Shown in pieces: positions 10,571 through 19,908 of a stretch of DNA of 64,000 bases. The stretch lies in assembly GCA_963832165.1 (NCBI GenBank), contig CAWHTE010000007.1, positions 960,001 through 1,024,000 on the forward strand. Direction: 5' to 3'. Numbering within the stretch: the first letter of the stretch is position 1; every line of letters starts with the position of its first letter. The position numbers and the translations under genes were made by a program. A model generated the notes under the pieces. It worked only from the letters and a program-made list of their open reading frames with translations. It made no database searches and was not told where the DNA came from. The DNA comes from an uncultured delta proteobacterium (GTDB taxonomy: Bacteria; Myxococcota_A; UBA9160; SMWR01).

Positions 10571-10876
10571 TCAGACGGGCGGCATGGGTCGGAGCGCCGT
10601 TCCCACGAAGTAGATGCCGAGCAGGCTCACGGCCGTGATCAACAGCCAGGCATCGGTGAGGCGACTCAACAAGACCGGAGCGTGCCTCACTTCCATGAAT
10701 TCCCTGAAGATGATCCTGACTTTGATCAGCGCTATCGCGATCACAGCGCACGTGATCGCGATGTTTGCCCTGAATGCGTCCTGACCATCGAGTGATCCAA
10801 CCGAAAGCGACGCGATCGTGATCGCCGACAGGGCCAGCCAGGCGATCAGCAACCTCTTCTCGAATCCCGCGTTCAC
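10571..10876 (-). CDS. Cytochrome c oxidase subunit IV-like small membrane protein
   Basis: 3 TM segments, KVRIIFREFMEVR motif, adjacent to a CoxIII-like gene. Confidence 0.75.
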   Translation of the reverse strand: MNAGFEKRLLIAWLALSAITIASLSVGSLDGQDAFRANIAITCAVIAIALIKVRIIFREFMEVRHAPVLLSRLTDAWLLITAVSLLGIYFVGTALRPMPPV

Positions 10877-10879
10877 GGA

Positions 10880-11452
10880 TCACCTCACGACATAGAGCAA
10901 TGAAAAGATCATGACCCAGAGAAAGTCCACTGTGTGCCAGTAGGTGGCGCCCGTTTCGACGAGCTCCTGGGAGCGGCGCGCGGGACTCGAGAGCTGGTAC
11001 ACGACGACACCGAGGACCACGAAGCCGATCAGCAGGTGCAGGAAGTGGATTCCGGTGAGGAAGTAGTAGAACGAGAAGAATTCGTTGGTCGAGAACGCGT
11101 AGCCCTTCTGGATCTCCCGGCTCCATTCGAACACCTTCGAGGCGAGGAAGGCGAGGCCGAAGAACAGCGTCAGGAACACATTCGCCAATGCGGGGCGGTA
11201 TGCCCGTTCTCGGGCCGCCTGGACGCATCGCGCCATGGACCACGAGCTGGCAAGCAGAACCAGGGTGTTGAGGACCCCGATCCGCAGGTCCAGCTGAGCC
11301 TGGGAGCTCAGAAACAGCTCCGGGCTCTGCATGCGGCGAACCATGTAGACGCCGAAATAGCCGGTGAAGAGGAGTGCTTCGAAGAGAACGAAGGCCCACA
11401 TGTCCGGTTGGCCGGGCACGAACCGCGCCGGTTTCGCGAAATCGCTCGTCAC
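10880..11452 (-). CDS. Cytochrome c oxidase subunit III/NorE-like protein
   Basis: NTLVLLASSW, YYFLTGIHFLH, YWHTVDFLW. Confidence 0.9.
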   Translation of the reverse strand: MTSDFAKPARFVPGQPDMWAFVLFEALLFTGYFGVYMVRRMQSPELFLSSQAQLDLRIGVLNTLVLLASSWSMARCVQAARERAYRPALANVFLTLFFGLAFLASKVFEWSREIQKGYAFSTNEFFSFYYFLTGIHFLHLLIGFVVLGVVVYQLSSPARRSQELVETGATYWHTVDFLWVMIFSLLYVVR

Positions 11453-12282
11453 CGGCTGCGCGCTCCGACCAGACCCGACGGCGCCTCTGCGGCTTCCGAC
11501 TCGAGCTCCGGCAGCACACCGGTGCCGAAGTCCTCACGGACGATCATCTTGCGGATCAGAGTGATGAACACGGCCGTGTAGATGACGAACACGACCATGT
11601 CGAGCCACCACGTGATCGCGCCGTCCCAGGCGAAGACACCCTGCTTGAAGATCCACGCGGGTGCCACGACGACCTCGGTGAGCGCGTTGCAGAGGTTCAG
11701 GTAGGCGAACCACTTCGGGAAGACGCGATTCTTGTCGAGCAGGATCGCGACCATCCAGACGAGCGAGCCGATCAGGAACACGCCCATGGTTCCGTCGAAC
11801 GCCATGAACGCGAAGTCGTAGAGCCAGCTGATCAGCTCGGGATCGCGGTCGGGGCGCATGGCCCCGACCACCAGCGCGACGCACGTCAGCAGCATGCCGG
11901 GAACCGCGGCGAGCGAATAGATCAGGAGATACGAATAGGCGAACACGGGGCTCACCGACATGCGCCGCATCGAATAAGCGAGGAGCGCATTGACCGCTCC
12001 CAGCATGCCCGTGATGAGGAAGACGATGCCGAAGCCGATGATCAAGCCGTAGTGATTCCCATTGAACCACTGCACGATCGTCGAGGTGTCCCACCAGGCT
12101 GGCGGCGGCGGCTGGACGCGCGTGACCATGAAGAAGAGCAGACCGTACAGCTGGTAGAAGACGACCATCGCCCACCAGGCGATCCACAGCTCGAGCTTGG
12201 GATCGTGGCGCCAGTGCCAGGCGATCCGTTCGAGCCGCGTGCCCGACGGCACGGATGGCGTCCCCGTCACCGCAGCGCTCAT
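11449..12282 (-). CDS. Uncharacterised polytopic membrane protein (paralog B)
   Basis: About 6 hydrophobic segments; RPDRDPEL..YDFA, FPKWFAYLNL, AWDG; ATGA-type overlaps with neighbours. Confidence 0.75.
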   Translation of the reverse strand: MSAAVTGTPSVPSGTRLERIAWHWRHDPKLELWIAWWAMVVFYQLYGLLFFMVTRVQPPPPAWWDTSTIVQWFNGNHYGLIIGFGIVFLITGMLGAVNALLAYSMRRMSVSPVFAYSYLLIYSLAAVPGMLLTCVALVVGAMRPDRDPELISWLYDFAFMAFDGTMGVFLIGSLVWMVAILLDKNRVFPKWFAYLNLCNALTEVVVAPAWIFKQGVFAWDGAITWWLDMVVFVIYTAVFITLIRKMIVREDFGTGVLPELESEAAEAPSGLVGARSR

Positions 12283-12995
12283 GCGGGGACCACTGCTTGC
12301 TCACGCCGCTCGCGGTGGATTGCCTGGCCGAGAACGACACCCATGACGGCGATCCAGAGCGCAATGGCGGCGTTGCGGATCCAGAACGAGAGCAACCCGT
12401 CCCAGGCCATGACACCCGCGAGTGCCAGCGCGGTGAAAGAAGCCGGCGCCAGCGCGGCCGCCACAACAAGATTGAAGTGCGCCACCCAGGTCTTGAATAC
12501 GGGCCGGGGTTGCCGGTCGAGGTAGATCGCCAGCGCGAGGAGCACGCTCTGTCCGATCAGGAAGCCGACCTGGCTCGTGAAGGTCACCCAGGCGAGATCG
12601 TTGAAGAGCTGGGTCAGCTGCGGGTCCCGCTCCGGCCGGAAGGCGGCGAGGAGCCAGAACAGATTGGCGATGAGGAAGAGCGTAGGTCCGCCGGATGCGC
12701 ACCCGAGCAGGGCATACGAGAAGATCGGGGTGCGATGCGCCATCCGACGAACCTGCAGCACGATCAGCACCAGCATCGGGATCAGCCCTACGCCGAACCA
12801 GTTGAACAGGATCATGCTGTAGCGAATGCGCGAAAGGTTCTCCGGATCGCGATAGAAAGCAGCCACGTCCTCCGCAGACATCGTCGGCGACATCGGATGG
12901 ACGAAGCCTGGGAACAACAAGAACGCGGCAATCCAGATTATTCCCAACGCGGGCAACGTCCACAGCAAGATCAACTCGCCATCGGTCCTTCTCAT
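12279..12995 (-). CDS. Uncharacterised polytopic membrane protein (paralog A)
   Basis: About 6 TM segments; RPERDPQL..FNDLA, FKTWVAHFNL, AWDG shared with the downstream gene; start 12995 or 13019. Confidence 0.75.
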   Translation of the reverse strand: MRRTDGELILLWTLPALGIIWIAAFLLFPGFVHPMSPTMSAEDVAAFYRDPENLSRIRYSMILFNWFGVGLIPMLVLIVLQVRRMAHRTPIFSYALLGCASGGPTLFLIANLFWLLAAFRPERDPQLTQLFNDLAWVTFTSQVGFLIGQSVLLALAIYLDRQPRPVFKTWVAHFNLVVAAALAPASFTALALAGVMAWDGLLSFWIRNAAIALWIAVMGVVLGQAIHRERREQAVVPA

Positions 12996-13016
12996 CCCTT
13001 CGATCCTCCGACGATA

Positions 13017-13055
13017 CATAGCCGATCGGCTATGACGATATAGCCGATCGGCTAT
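13017..13055. promoter_or_regulatory. Two tandem perfect palindromes, probable TetR operators
   Basis: CATAGCCGATCGGCTATG 13017-13034 and ATAGCCGATCGGCTAT 13040-13055 between divergent genes. Confidence 0.8.
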
Positions 13056-13075
13056 GATGAAGCTATCGTCGCGGA

Positions 13076-13978
13076 ATGAGCTCCGCCAACGCAGCGATGC
13101 CTCTGGGCTCCGCCTCCTACACCGCTCCGCAGACCCGGATCATCGAAGCTGCGCTCGTCCTGTTCGCCGAGCACGGCGTCAGCGGGACATCCCTGCAGAT
13201 GATCGCGGACGCGATCGGGGTGACGAAGGCGGCCGTCTACCAGCAGTACAACACCAAGGACGAGATCATCCTCGTTGTCGCCCAGGTCGTGCTCGCGCGT
13301 CTCGATGCCGCCGCCACGGCCGCGGAGGCGGAGCGCTCGCGCTCGCGAGCGCGCGAGGTCTTGATCTCGAGAATGATCGATCTCGCCGTCGAGAGTCGCC
13401 GCATGGCGAGCATCCTCCAGCAGGATCCGGTCATGCTGCGCTTTCTCGACGAGCACGAGCCGTTCCGGCGCGTGATGGAGCGCGTGAACCGCCTGATGAT
13501 GGGCGGTGCCTCCGACCCTCAGGCTCGCGTTAGGGCCGCGGTGCTCATCACGTGCATCGGCGGCGCCGTGATCCACCCGCTCGTGCTGGATCTCGACGAC
13601 GAGAGCCTTCGCTCGCAGCTCCTGAAGCAGGCGCGAAAGCTGCTACCGCTCCGCGGCCGATCGCGACGAGCCGCGGCGCGAAATGGCTCGGGTCGAGATT
13701 CACCCGTTCCGGCTCCAAGGGCGGGTTGCGGCCCGGGTCCGTGGCGCCGGCACCGATGCGCTCGAGATACACCACGGCGGGAACGATCGCGAGACGGCGG
13801 AACTCGCGTGCACGCAGGATCTCGAGTGTGCCGTGCACCCGGCCCTCGTCCGGAGCCCGGAACAAGGACGACCCGGTGCAACCGAGGAACCCCACCAGCG
13901 CGCAGATCAACGCGCACGCGAGGCGGCGGGCGCCCCGGCGCCAGCGCGCATCCGGCAACGGGTGAGTCATGGCGATAG
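13076..13978 (+). CDS. TetR family regulator (TetR-like to about 13655, then a read-through tail)
   Basis: HTH SLQMIADAIGVTKAAVYQQYNTKDEI; last ~100 aa are low-complexity and antisense to another gene fragment. Confidence 0.8.
   Translation: MSSANAAMPLGSASYTAPQTRIIEAALVLFAEHGVSGTSLQMIADAIGVTKAAVYQQYNTKDEIILVVAQVVLARLDAAATAAEAERSRSRAREVLISRMIDLAVESRRMASILQQDPVMLRFLDEHEPFRRVMERVNRLMMGGASDPQARVRAAVLITCIGGAVIHPLVLDLDDESLRSQLLKQARKLLPLRGRSRRAAARNGSGRDSPVPAPRAGCGPGPWRRHRCARDTPRRERSRDGGTRVHAGSRVCRAPGPRPEPGTRTTRCNRGTPPARRSTRTRGGGRPGASAHPATGESWR
13650..13970 (-). pseudogene. Probable truncated lipoprotein (N-terminal part of a cupredoxin/carboxypeptidase-regulatory-like protein)
   Basis: Signal and lipobox FLGC, GRVHGTL, AVVYLE, FAPRLVAIGRG, then the similarity stops. 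Confidence 0.4.
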
Positions 13979-14052
13979 TCCCGATCTGAGAGTGGCCTTC
14001 GGACCATCGACGGGACCCCCACCCCTCTTGAACACATCTCCGTGACGGCCTA

Positions 14053-14889
14053 TCAGCCGCTCTTCGTGAAGCGATCCCGGAGCGCCCGTCCTCCCGAGAC
14101 CCGAGAGAGGCCGCGAATGCCGAAGCCTCCATCGAAGTTCAGGATCGAGCCCGTTGCAGGTGCGGATTCGTCTCGCGCGGCGAAGAACACGTAGGCGGCC
14201 GCGTACTCCTCGGCGCTCGGAATGCGCCCGAGCGGTATGAAGTCCGGAGCGATCTTCGCGAGGCCGAGACTCGAGATCGTTCTCTGGTCCATCCCCAGAC
14301 TGGCGGGGCCGGCGAGGTTCGTCTCGATCGCGCCCGGCGCGATCCCATTGACGCGCACCGCGGGCGCGAGCTCGAACGCGAGCTGCCGCACGAGCCCGAC
14401 GAGCGCGTGTTTGCTCATCGTGTAGAGAGCACCGCCGCCATCCGGATAGAAGCCGGCGTTGGAGATCGTGACCAAGAGCGACCCCGCCGAGCGCACGAGC
14501 GCGGGGAGGGCGGCCTTCGCGAGCAGCAGGGGACCCTTGCTGTTGACCCCTACCACTTCGTCGAACGCGGGCCCGATCGCGTCTTCATCGAGGTCGGCGA
14601 GCGCACGGGAGTAGTCCCAGATGCCGGCGTTCGCGATGGCACAGTCGAGCTGGCCGAACGCGTGCACACACCGCGCGACGGCGTCTCTGTTGCTGTCGAC
14701 GGATCGGACGTCGCCGACGAGCGCCGCGATCCGCGCTCCGTGGTCGCGGCGAAGTGCGTCGACACCCGCCTCGGATCGATCCAGGATCGCGACCCGCGCG
14801 CCCTCGGCGACGAAGCGGTCCACGATCGCCCGCCCGAGACCCGAGGCCCCGCCGGTCACGAGCGCTACCTGCCCCTCGAGCCGGCCCAT
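14053..14889 (-). CDS. cis-dihydrodiol dehydrogenase (HcaB/BphB-like SDR)
   Basis: TGGASGLG, ANAGIWDY, SNAGFYPDGGGALYTMSKHA, RQLAFELAP. Confidence 0.9.
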   Translation of the reverse strand: MGRLEGQVALVTGGASGLGRAIVDRFVAEGARVAILDRSEAGVDALRRDHGARIAALVGDVRSVDSNRDAVARCVHAFGQLDCAIANAGIWDYSRALADLDEDAIGPAFDEVVGVNSKGPLLLAKAALPALVRSAGSLLVTISNAGFYPDGGGALYTMSKHALVGLVRQLAFELAPAVRVNGIAPGAIETNLAGPASLGMDQRTISSLGLAKIAPDFIPLGRIPSAEEYAAAYVFFAARDESAPATGSILNFDGGFGIRGLSRVSGGRALRDRFTKSG

Positions 14890-14943
14890 GGTGGGACTCC
14901 TTCAACTACCTTCCCCTGCGTATTGTTCGCGAAGGAGACGGAG

Positions 14944-16284
14944 ATGGACACCCCCAACGCGAGGCAATGGGTCGACTTCGAGAAGGGGCTCGTCGACCGG
15001 ATCATCTTCTCGGATCCCGAGATCTACCGGATCGAGATGGAGCGGATCTTCGCCCGCGCCTGGAGCTTCGTCTGCCACGAGTCGCAGATCCCCCGCGTTG
15101 GCGACTTCTTCCAGACCTACATCGGCGAAGACCGGATCCTCGCGGTCCGCAACAAGCAGGGCACCGTGTCCGTGTTGCTCAATACCTGCCGGCACCGCGC
15201 AAACGCCGTGTGTCGCGCCGAGCAGGGGAACGCGAAGGTCTTCACCTGTCCCTATCACGGGTGGTCCTATGGGCTCGACGGCGAGCTCGTGGGCGTGCCG
15301 GGCCTCAAGGACTTCTACCGCAGCGACCTCGACAAGAAGGAATGGGGGCTCGCGCGAGCCGCGCACGTGACGAGCTACCGCGGACTCGTCTTCGCGACCC
15401 TCGATCCGGCGGCGGTTCCGCTCGACGAGTATCTGGGGGAGGTCGGGCGGATCGGGCTCGATTTCATCGCCGAACGCGGCGAGATCGAGGTGATCGACGG
15501 CGTCCAGAAGAACGTCGTCGCGTGCAACTGGAAGCTCGCAGTGGACAACCTCTTCGACTGGTACCACCCCGTGGTATCGCATCGCTCCGCGATCCAGTCC
15601 GGCGTCTTCCCGAGGCTTCAAGACGAAGAGGTCGCCTTCGCCCCGATGAGCCAGATGGTGATGCTAGGCGAATACGGGCACGGCATCGGCGGTCCGATGA
15701 TCTCCGAAGACGTCATGGCGCAGGTGCGCGCGCACGTCGGCGATCCCGGCGCTACAGCCGCGCGCCTGAACGTGGAGCCGTGGCGATTCCGCGCGAAGGC
15801 GCAGGAAGCGCTCGGCCCGCATGGAATCCGGTCGCGGGGACACCCGAGCATCTTCCCCAACGTCTGGATCACGCTGAACGGCTCTCAGCTCTGTCTCCGG
15901 ATCCCGCGCGGTCCGCAGAAGACCGAGCTCTGGTGGTTCACGTTCGCGAACAAGAACGCGACTCCGGAGCAGAGGCAATCGCTCGTCCGGATCACCACGC
16001 ACATGTTTGGTCCAGCGGGACTCCTCGAGCAGGACGACGGAGAGAACTGGGACCAGTGCACTCGCGGAACGATCGGACCTGTTGCGCGGCGCTACCCGCT
16101 GAACTTCGCGATGGGCCGCGGCCATGATCGGGTGCGAAACGACGGGGGCCAAAGGCGCGTCGAGACCGTGGTGAACGAGCACGGGCAGCGCTGGACGTAC
16201 CGCGCCTGGGCCGAATGGATGGATGCCGTGGACTGGCCCGATCTCCGGAGGAACCATTCGCCCGCGCCGAGCGGCGCCATCTAG
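14944..16284 (+). CDS. Rieske aromatic ring-hydroxylating dioxygenase alpha subunit
   Basis: CRHR..CPYHGW Rieske motif; NWK..DNLFDWYHPVVSH; EQDDGENW. Confidence 0.95.
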   Translation: MDTPNARQWVDFEKGLVDRIIFSDPEIYRIEMERIFARAWSFVCHESQIPRVGDFFQTYIGEDRILAVRNKQGTVSVLLNTCRHRANAVCRAEQGNAKVFTCPYHGWSYGLDGELVGVPGLKDFYRSDLDKKEWGLARAAHVTSYRGLVFATLDPAAVPLDEYLGEVGRIGLDFIAERGEIEVIDGVQKNVVACNWKLAVDNLFDWYHPVVSHRSAIQSGVFPRLQDEEVAFAPMSQMVMLGEYGHGIGGPMISEDVMAQVRAHVGDPGATAARLNVEPWRFRAKAQEALGPHGIRSRGHPSIFPNVWITLNGSQLCLRIPRGPQKTELWWFTFANKNATPEQRQSLVRITTHMFGPAGLLEQDDGENWDQCTRGTIGPVARRYPLNFAMGRGHDRVRNDGGQRRVETVVNEHGQRWTYRAWAEWMDAVDWPDLRRNHSPAPSGAI

Positions 16285-16293
16285 GGGCTCGCA

Positions 16294-16812
16294 ATGGATC
16301 GCGAAATCGCTGCGGTGCTGCTGCAGCACGAGGTCGAGCAGTTCTATTACGCGGAAGCCGCGCTTCTCGACGAGCGTCGCTTCACCGAGTGGCTCGACCT
16401 CTTGACCTCCGACATCCACTACTGGATGCCGATCCGGCGGACCGTGATGAACGCCGACCTCGACCAGGAGTTCACCAAGCCCGGCGCGATGGCGTTCTTC
16501 GACGACGACAAGACCATGCTCGAGGCCCGCGTCAAGAAGCTCGCCACGGGTTACGCATGGTCCGAGGACCCGCCCTCGCGAACGAGACACATGGTGAACA
16601 ACGTGCGCATTCTCGCGGTGGACGGAGACGAGCTGACCGTCGAGTCCAACTTCCACCTCTACCGCACGCGTCTCGAATCCGAGGAGGACGGCTGGCTCGG
16701 CCGGCGCCGTGATCGCCTCCGCCGCGTGGACGGCGCGCTGCGGATCGCCGAACGCCACGTGTTCCTGGATCAGACACTGATCCTGTCGCGCAACCTCAGC
16801 AACTTCTTCTGA
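16294..16812 (+). CDS. Ring-hydroxylating dioxygenase beta subunit
   Basis: EAALLDERRF.EWL, YWMP, WSEDPPSRTRH, C-terminal NLSNFF. Confidence 0.95.
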   Translation: MDREIAAVLLQHEVEQFYYAEAALLDERRFTEWLDLLTSDIHYWMPIRRTVMNADLDQEFTKPGAMAFFDDDKTMLEARVKKLATGYAWSEDPPSRTRHMVNNVRILAVDGDELTVESNFHLYRTRLESEEDGWLGRRRDRLRRVDGALRIAERHVFLDQTLILSRNLSNFF

Positions 16813-16823
16813 GGAGAATCGCC

Positions 16824-17714
16824 GTGACTCGCATCGCCCGCCTCGGATATCTCGAATTCGAAGTCTCCGATCCAAGCGCGTGGAGGACCTTTGCGGCCGA
16901 TCGGCTGGGTCTCGCGGTGGGTGCCGAGCACGCGGATGGCTCGATGGCGCTGCGCATGGACGAGCAGGCGCAGCGGATCTTTCTCCGCCCGGGCGAGCGC
17001 GACGACCTCGCCTGCGCGGGCCTGGAGGTGGCGGACGAGGCGTCGCTGCGAGCGCTCGCGACCCAGCTCGAGGCGGCTGGAGTTCCGGTCCTCGAGGCGA
17101 GCGCCGAGGTGGCGACACAGCGCGGCGTAGATCATCTCTACCGGCTGGAGGACCCGAGCGGCATTCCGATCGAGCTCTTCAGCGGTCCGAAGTCGGGCAG
17201 CCGCTTCTCGTCCAGCCTCGTGCCGTCCGGCTTCTGCACCGGGGACGAGGGCCTCGGGCACGCCGTCGTGCTAGTCCGCAATGCGGAGAGCACGCAGCAT
17301 TTCTACTGCGATCTGCTCGGCATGCGCGTCTCCGACTACATCGAGTCGGAAATCGCTCCGGGCCGCAAGCTCCGGATCGCCTTTCTGCACGCGAACGCCC
17401 GGCACCACACGCTGGCCTTCTTCGAGGGGCCGCCCCGGAAGCGGATCCACCACTTCATGATCGAGATGAACGCGATGAACGATGTGGGGCTCGCATGGGA
17501 CCGCTGCGTCGACGCGGGCGTGCCGATCGCCAACGCGCTCGGTCAGCATCCGAACGACCAGATGTTCTCGTTCTATGCGCGCACGCCCTCGGGCTTCGCG
17601 GTCGAGGTCGGCTGGGGCGGTCGCAAGGTGGACGACGCAACGTGGGAAGTCCGCACCTACGATCGGATGAGCAGCTGGGGGCACCGACCCGCGCTCGACC
17701 GGGGAGCGCGCTGA
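16824..17714 (+). CDS. Extradiol ring-cleavage dioxygenase (BphC/HsaC-like VOC family)
   Basis: LGYL, GLGHAV, RHHTLA, IHHFMIE, LGQHPNDQMFSFY, EVGWGG. Confidence 0.93.
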   Translation: MTRIARLGYLEFEVSDPSAWRTFAADRLGLAVGAEHADGSMALRMDEQAQRIFLRPGERDDLACAGLEVADEASLRALATQLEAAGVPVLEASAEVATQRGVDHLYRLEDPSGIPIELFSGPKSGSRFSSSLVPSGFCTGDEGLGHAVVLVRNAESTQHFYCDLLGMRVSDYIESEIAPGRKLRIAFLHANARHHTLAFFEGPPRKRIHHFMIEMNAMNDVGLAWDRCVDAGVPIANALGQHPNDQMFSFYARTPSGFAVEVGWGGRKVDDATWEVRTYDRMSSWGHRPALDRGAR

Positions 17715-17736
17715 GAGCGCCGTTCATCCAGGGTCG

Positions 17737-18399
17737 TCAGGCTCGATTTTCCGACCCCAGCCACCTGAAGAACAGCGCTGCAGAGAGCGCACCGAAGAGC
17801 TGCGCGCCGATGAAGGCTGGCACGTCGACCGGCCGGATGCCGGCGAACGTGGCCGTCATGGCGCGCGCCAGCGTAACGGCGGGGTTTGCGAACGACGTAG
17901 ACGCCGTGAACCAGTACGCAGCCGTGATGTACGCGCCGACCGCGAACGGTGCCGCGCTGCTGCGCGTCCGCGAGCAGGACAAGACGATGCCGACGAGGCC
18001 GAACGTGGCGACGTACTCACTGAACCCTTGCGACAGGCCCGATCGAACGTGCGCCGACGCAGAGATCACGGGCTCACCGAACATCAAGTGCGCCGCAATC
18101 ACGCCGAGCACGGCTCCGCTGACCTGCGCGGCGGCGTAGCCGAGAGCGTCCCTCCGCGCCAAGCCGCCCTCGAGGACCACGCACCACGTGACGAGCGGAT
18201 TGAAGTGGGCGCCCGAGATCGGGCCGAACGCGAGGATCAGGGCGACGAGCGCGCTGCCGGTGGCGATCGAGTTCGCCAGCAGCGCGATGGCGACGTTCCC
18301 ACCCGCGAGGCGCTCGCCCATGATTCCCGATCCGACGATGGCCGCGAGCAGGAATGCGGTGCCGACGCCTTCCGCCGCCATGCGCCGAGCGCACGTCAC
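17737..18399 (-). CDS. MIP/aquaporin family channel (ars-associated AqpS-like)
   Basis: SGAHFNPLV, YWFTASTSFANPAVT; GTG start overlaps the upstream stop (GTGA). Confidence 0.9.
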   Translation of the reverse strand: MTCARRMAAEGVGTAFLLAAIVGSGIMGERLAGGNVAIALLANSIATGSALVALILAFGPISGAHFNPLVTWCVVLEGGLARRDALGYAAAQVSGAVLGVIAAHLMFGEPVISASAHVRSGLSQGFSEYVATFGLVGIVLSCSRTRSSAAPFAVGAYITAAYWFTASTSFANPAVTLARAMTATFAGIRPVDVPAFIGAQLFGALSAALFFRWLGSENRA

Positions 18400-19463
18400 G
18401 GTGCGGCTCGAGTCGAGGCGGCCGTGACCGGCAGGGTCGCCGCGTCCGCCATCGTCGCATCCGATGTCCGGTCCTGCTGCGCGGGAACTCCACTCTGCAG
18501 GAGGGAATCGCCATCCGTGAAGACGCGGTGCGAGGTGAGCCACAGTCGCAGCAGGTGCCGCTTGCGTTCGGGTTCGGCGTAGTCCTCGAACTCGGTGCGG
18601 GCGTGGAGGATCGCGGAGTTCTTGAGCCACTGGATGTCGCCCGCGCGGAAGTCCATGTCGAGATGGATCTGGGGATCGACCGCGATCGCGTCGATCAGAT
18701 CGATGACTTCGCGCTGCGACCGCGTGAGCCGCGGCGCCGCTGCGTGGCGCTGCGAATCGCGGATGTACCAGCCGATGTAGAACGTTCGGATCCGTCCGTC
18801 TGCCTCACGGCAGATCGGAATCGAGAAGTAGGGCGGCTCGCCGGGACCTTCCTCACCGTTGCGGTCGAAAGGGAAGGGCTCGTGGAGCGTCGGGATGAGA
18901 TCGGGCCTGCGTCGAAGGATCTCGTTGTAGATGGCGAGCGAGCTCGCGATGCGACTGGTTCCGCCGGACCTGGCAGGACGCAGGCAGAGCAGGCCCACGA
19001 TGTCCGATCCGTCGCAGTGGAAGCCGAGCTGCTCGCGCGTTCGATAGAGGCGCAGCGTCGGATCGCGGCGCTCGAGACCCGCATCGCGCACGTGTCCGAG
19101 CAGATCGCCCGCCGCGTTCTGCGAAACCGCTCTGCCGAGGTGGAGTCCGAGGCCCCAGTACGCCAACGACGAGTCGTCCTCGCCGTACCGCTCGACCGGC
19201 ACGCCGCGCACGAGCACGAAGCCTCGTCCGGTGTCGAGCACATCGAGCCAGTCCGCCGCCGAACGGGCCAGAGCCCCGAGCGGGAAATCGCCGCGAGTCA
19301 GCTCGCCGAGCGGCTTTCCGGTGCTGCGCGCATGCGCGACCGCGCGATCGAGGTCCAGGGTCTCCTCGGCGGAGAGCACGTGAACCCAATCGCGCCGCGG
19401 CGCCATCTCGGATCCGACCCAGGCGGAATCACTCTTCACGGGTTGCATCTGGATGCTCGTCAT
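18396..19463 (-). CDS. TauD/TfdA family Fe(II)/2-oxoglutarate dioxygenase
   Basis: FHCDGSD (HxD), GLLCL, ILHART, RHLLRLWL; ATG overlaps the arsR stop. Confidence 0.9.
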   Translation of the reverse strand: MTSIQMQPVKSDSAWVGSEMAPRRDWVHVLSAEETLDLDRAVAHARSTGKPLGELTRGDFPLGALARSAADWLDVLDTGRGFVLVRGVPVERYGEDDSSLAYWGLGLHLGRAVSQNAAGDLLGHVRDAGLERRDPTLRLYRTREQLGFHCDGSDIVGLLCLRPARSGGTSRIASSLAIYNEILRRRPDLIPTLHEPFPFDRNGEEGPGEPPYFSIPICREADGRIRTFYIGWYIRDSQRHAAAPRLTRSQREVIDLIDAIAVDPQIHLDMDFRAGDIQWLKNSAILHARTEFEDYAEPERKRHLLRLWLTSHRVFTDGDSLLQSGVPAQQDRTSDATMADAATLPVTAASTRAAP

Positions 19464-19840
19464 GCGGACCTCGCAGCGCGCCGCTCCATCGAGGCGGTCA
19501 ATCGCTTCGGCGGCACCAGCGCGCTGCAGAGTTGTTGCAGGCGTTCCAACCGAAGGCGGTAGTAGATCCAGGTCGCGCGGCGCTCGCGCTCGAGCAGACC
19601 CGCCTCCGTGAGCACCTTCAAGTGGTGGCTCACCGTGGGCTGGCTGAGTCCGAGCGGCTCGGTGAGGTTGCACACGCACGCTTCACCTCCCGGCTGGGCG
19701 GCGAGGTAGCTCAGCAGGCGCAGCCGGCCCGGATCGCCCAGGGCTCGGAACAGCGTGGCCAGCTCCGCGGCCTCCTCGGTTTCGAGCCGGCCCGTGAGGA
19801 CCGGCGCGCAACAACGGTTCGAGGTCTTCTTGATCGGCAT
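19460..19840 (-). CDS. arsR: ArsR/SmtB family regulator
   Basis: ALGDPGRLRLL, EACVCNL, LSQPTVSHHLKVL; N-terminal CC pair. Confidence 0.9.
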   Translation of the reverse strand: MPIKKTSNRCCAPVLTGRLETEEAAELATLFRALGDPGRLRLLSYLAAQPGGEACVCNLTEPLGLSQPTVSHHLKVLTEAGLLERERRATWIYYRLRLERLQQLCSALVPPKRLTASMERRAARSA

Positions 19841-19842
19841 GG

Positions 19843-19891
19843 GTCAATATTGACATATATCGATGGATGTCACAATATCGATATCCATCGA
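19843..19891. promoter_or_regulatory. Divergent promoter region with inverted repeats, probable ArsR operator
   Basis: GTCAATATTGAC palindrome 19843-19854; TCGATGGAT 19860-19868 with ATCCATCGA 19883-19891; AT-rich. Confidence 0.7.
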
Positions 19892-19908
19892 AATAGGAGG
19901 AGCCCTCC

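Noticed and set aside
10571..11452. A functional terminal oxidase or nitric oxide reductase operon
   Set aside because: No catalytic subunit I/NorB or subunit II in the locus
13017..13055. Twin palindromes as a mini-CRISPR or transposon end
   Set aside because: Only two copies 5 nt apart, located between divergent tetR and target genes; best explained as operators
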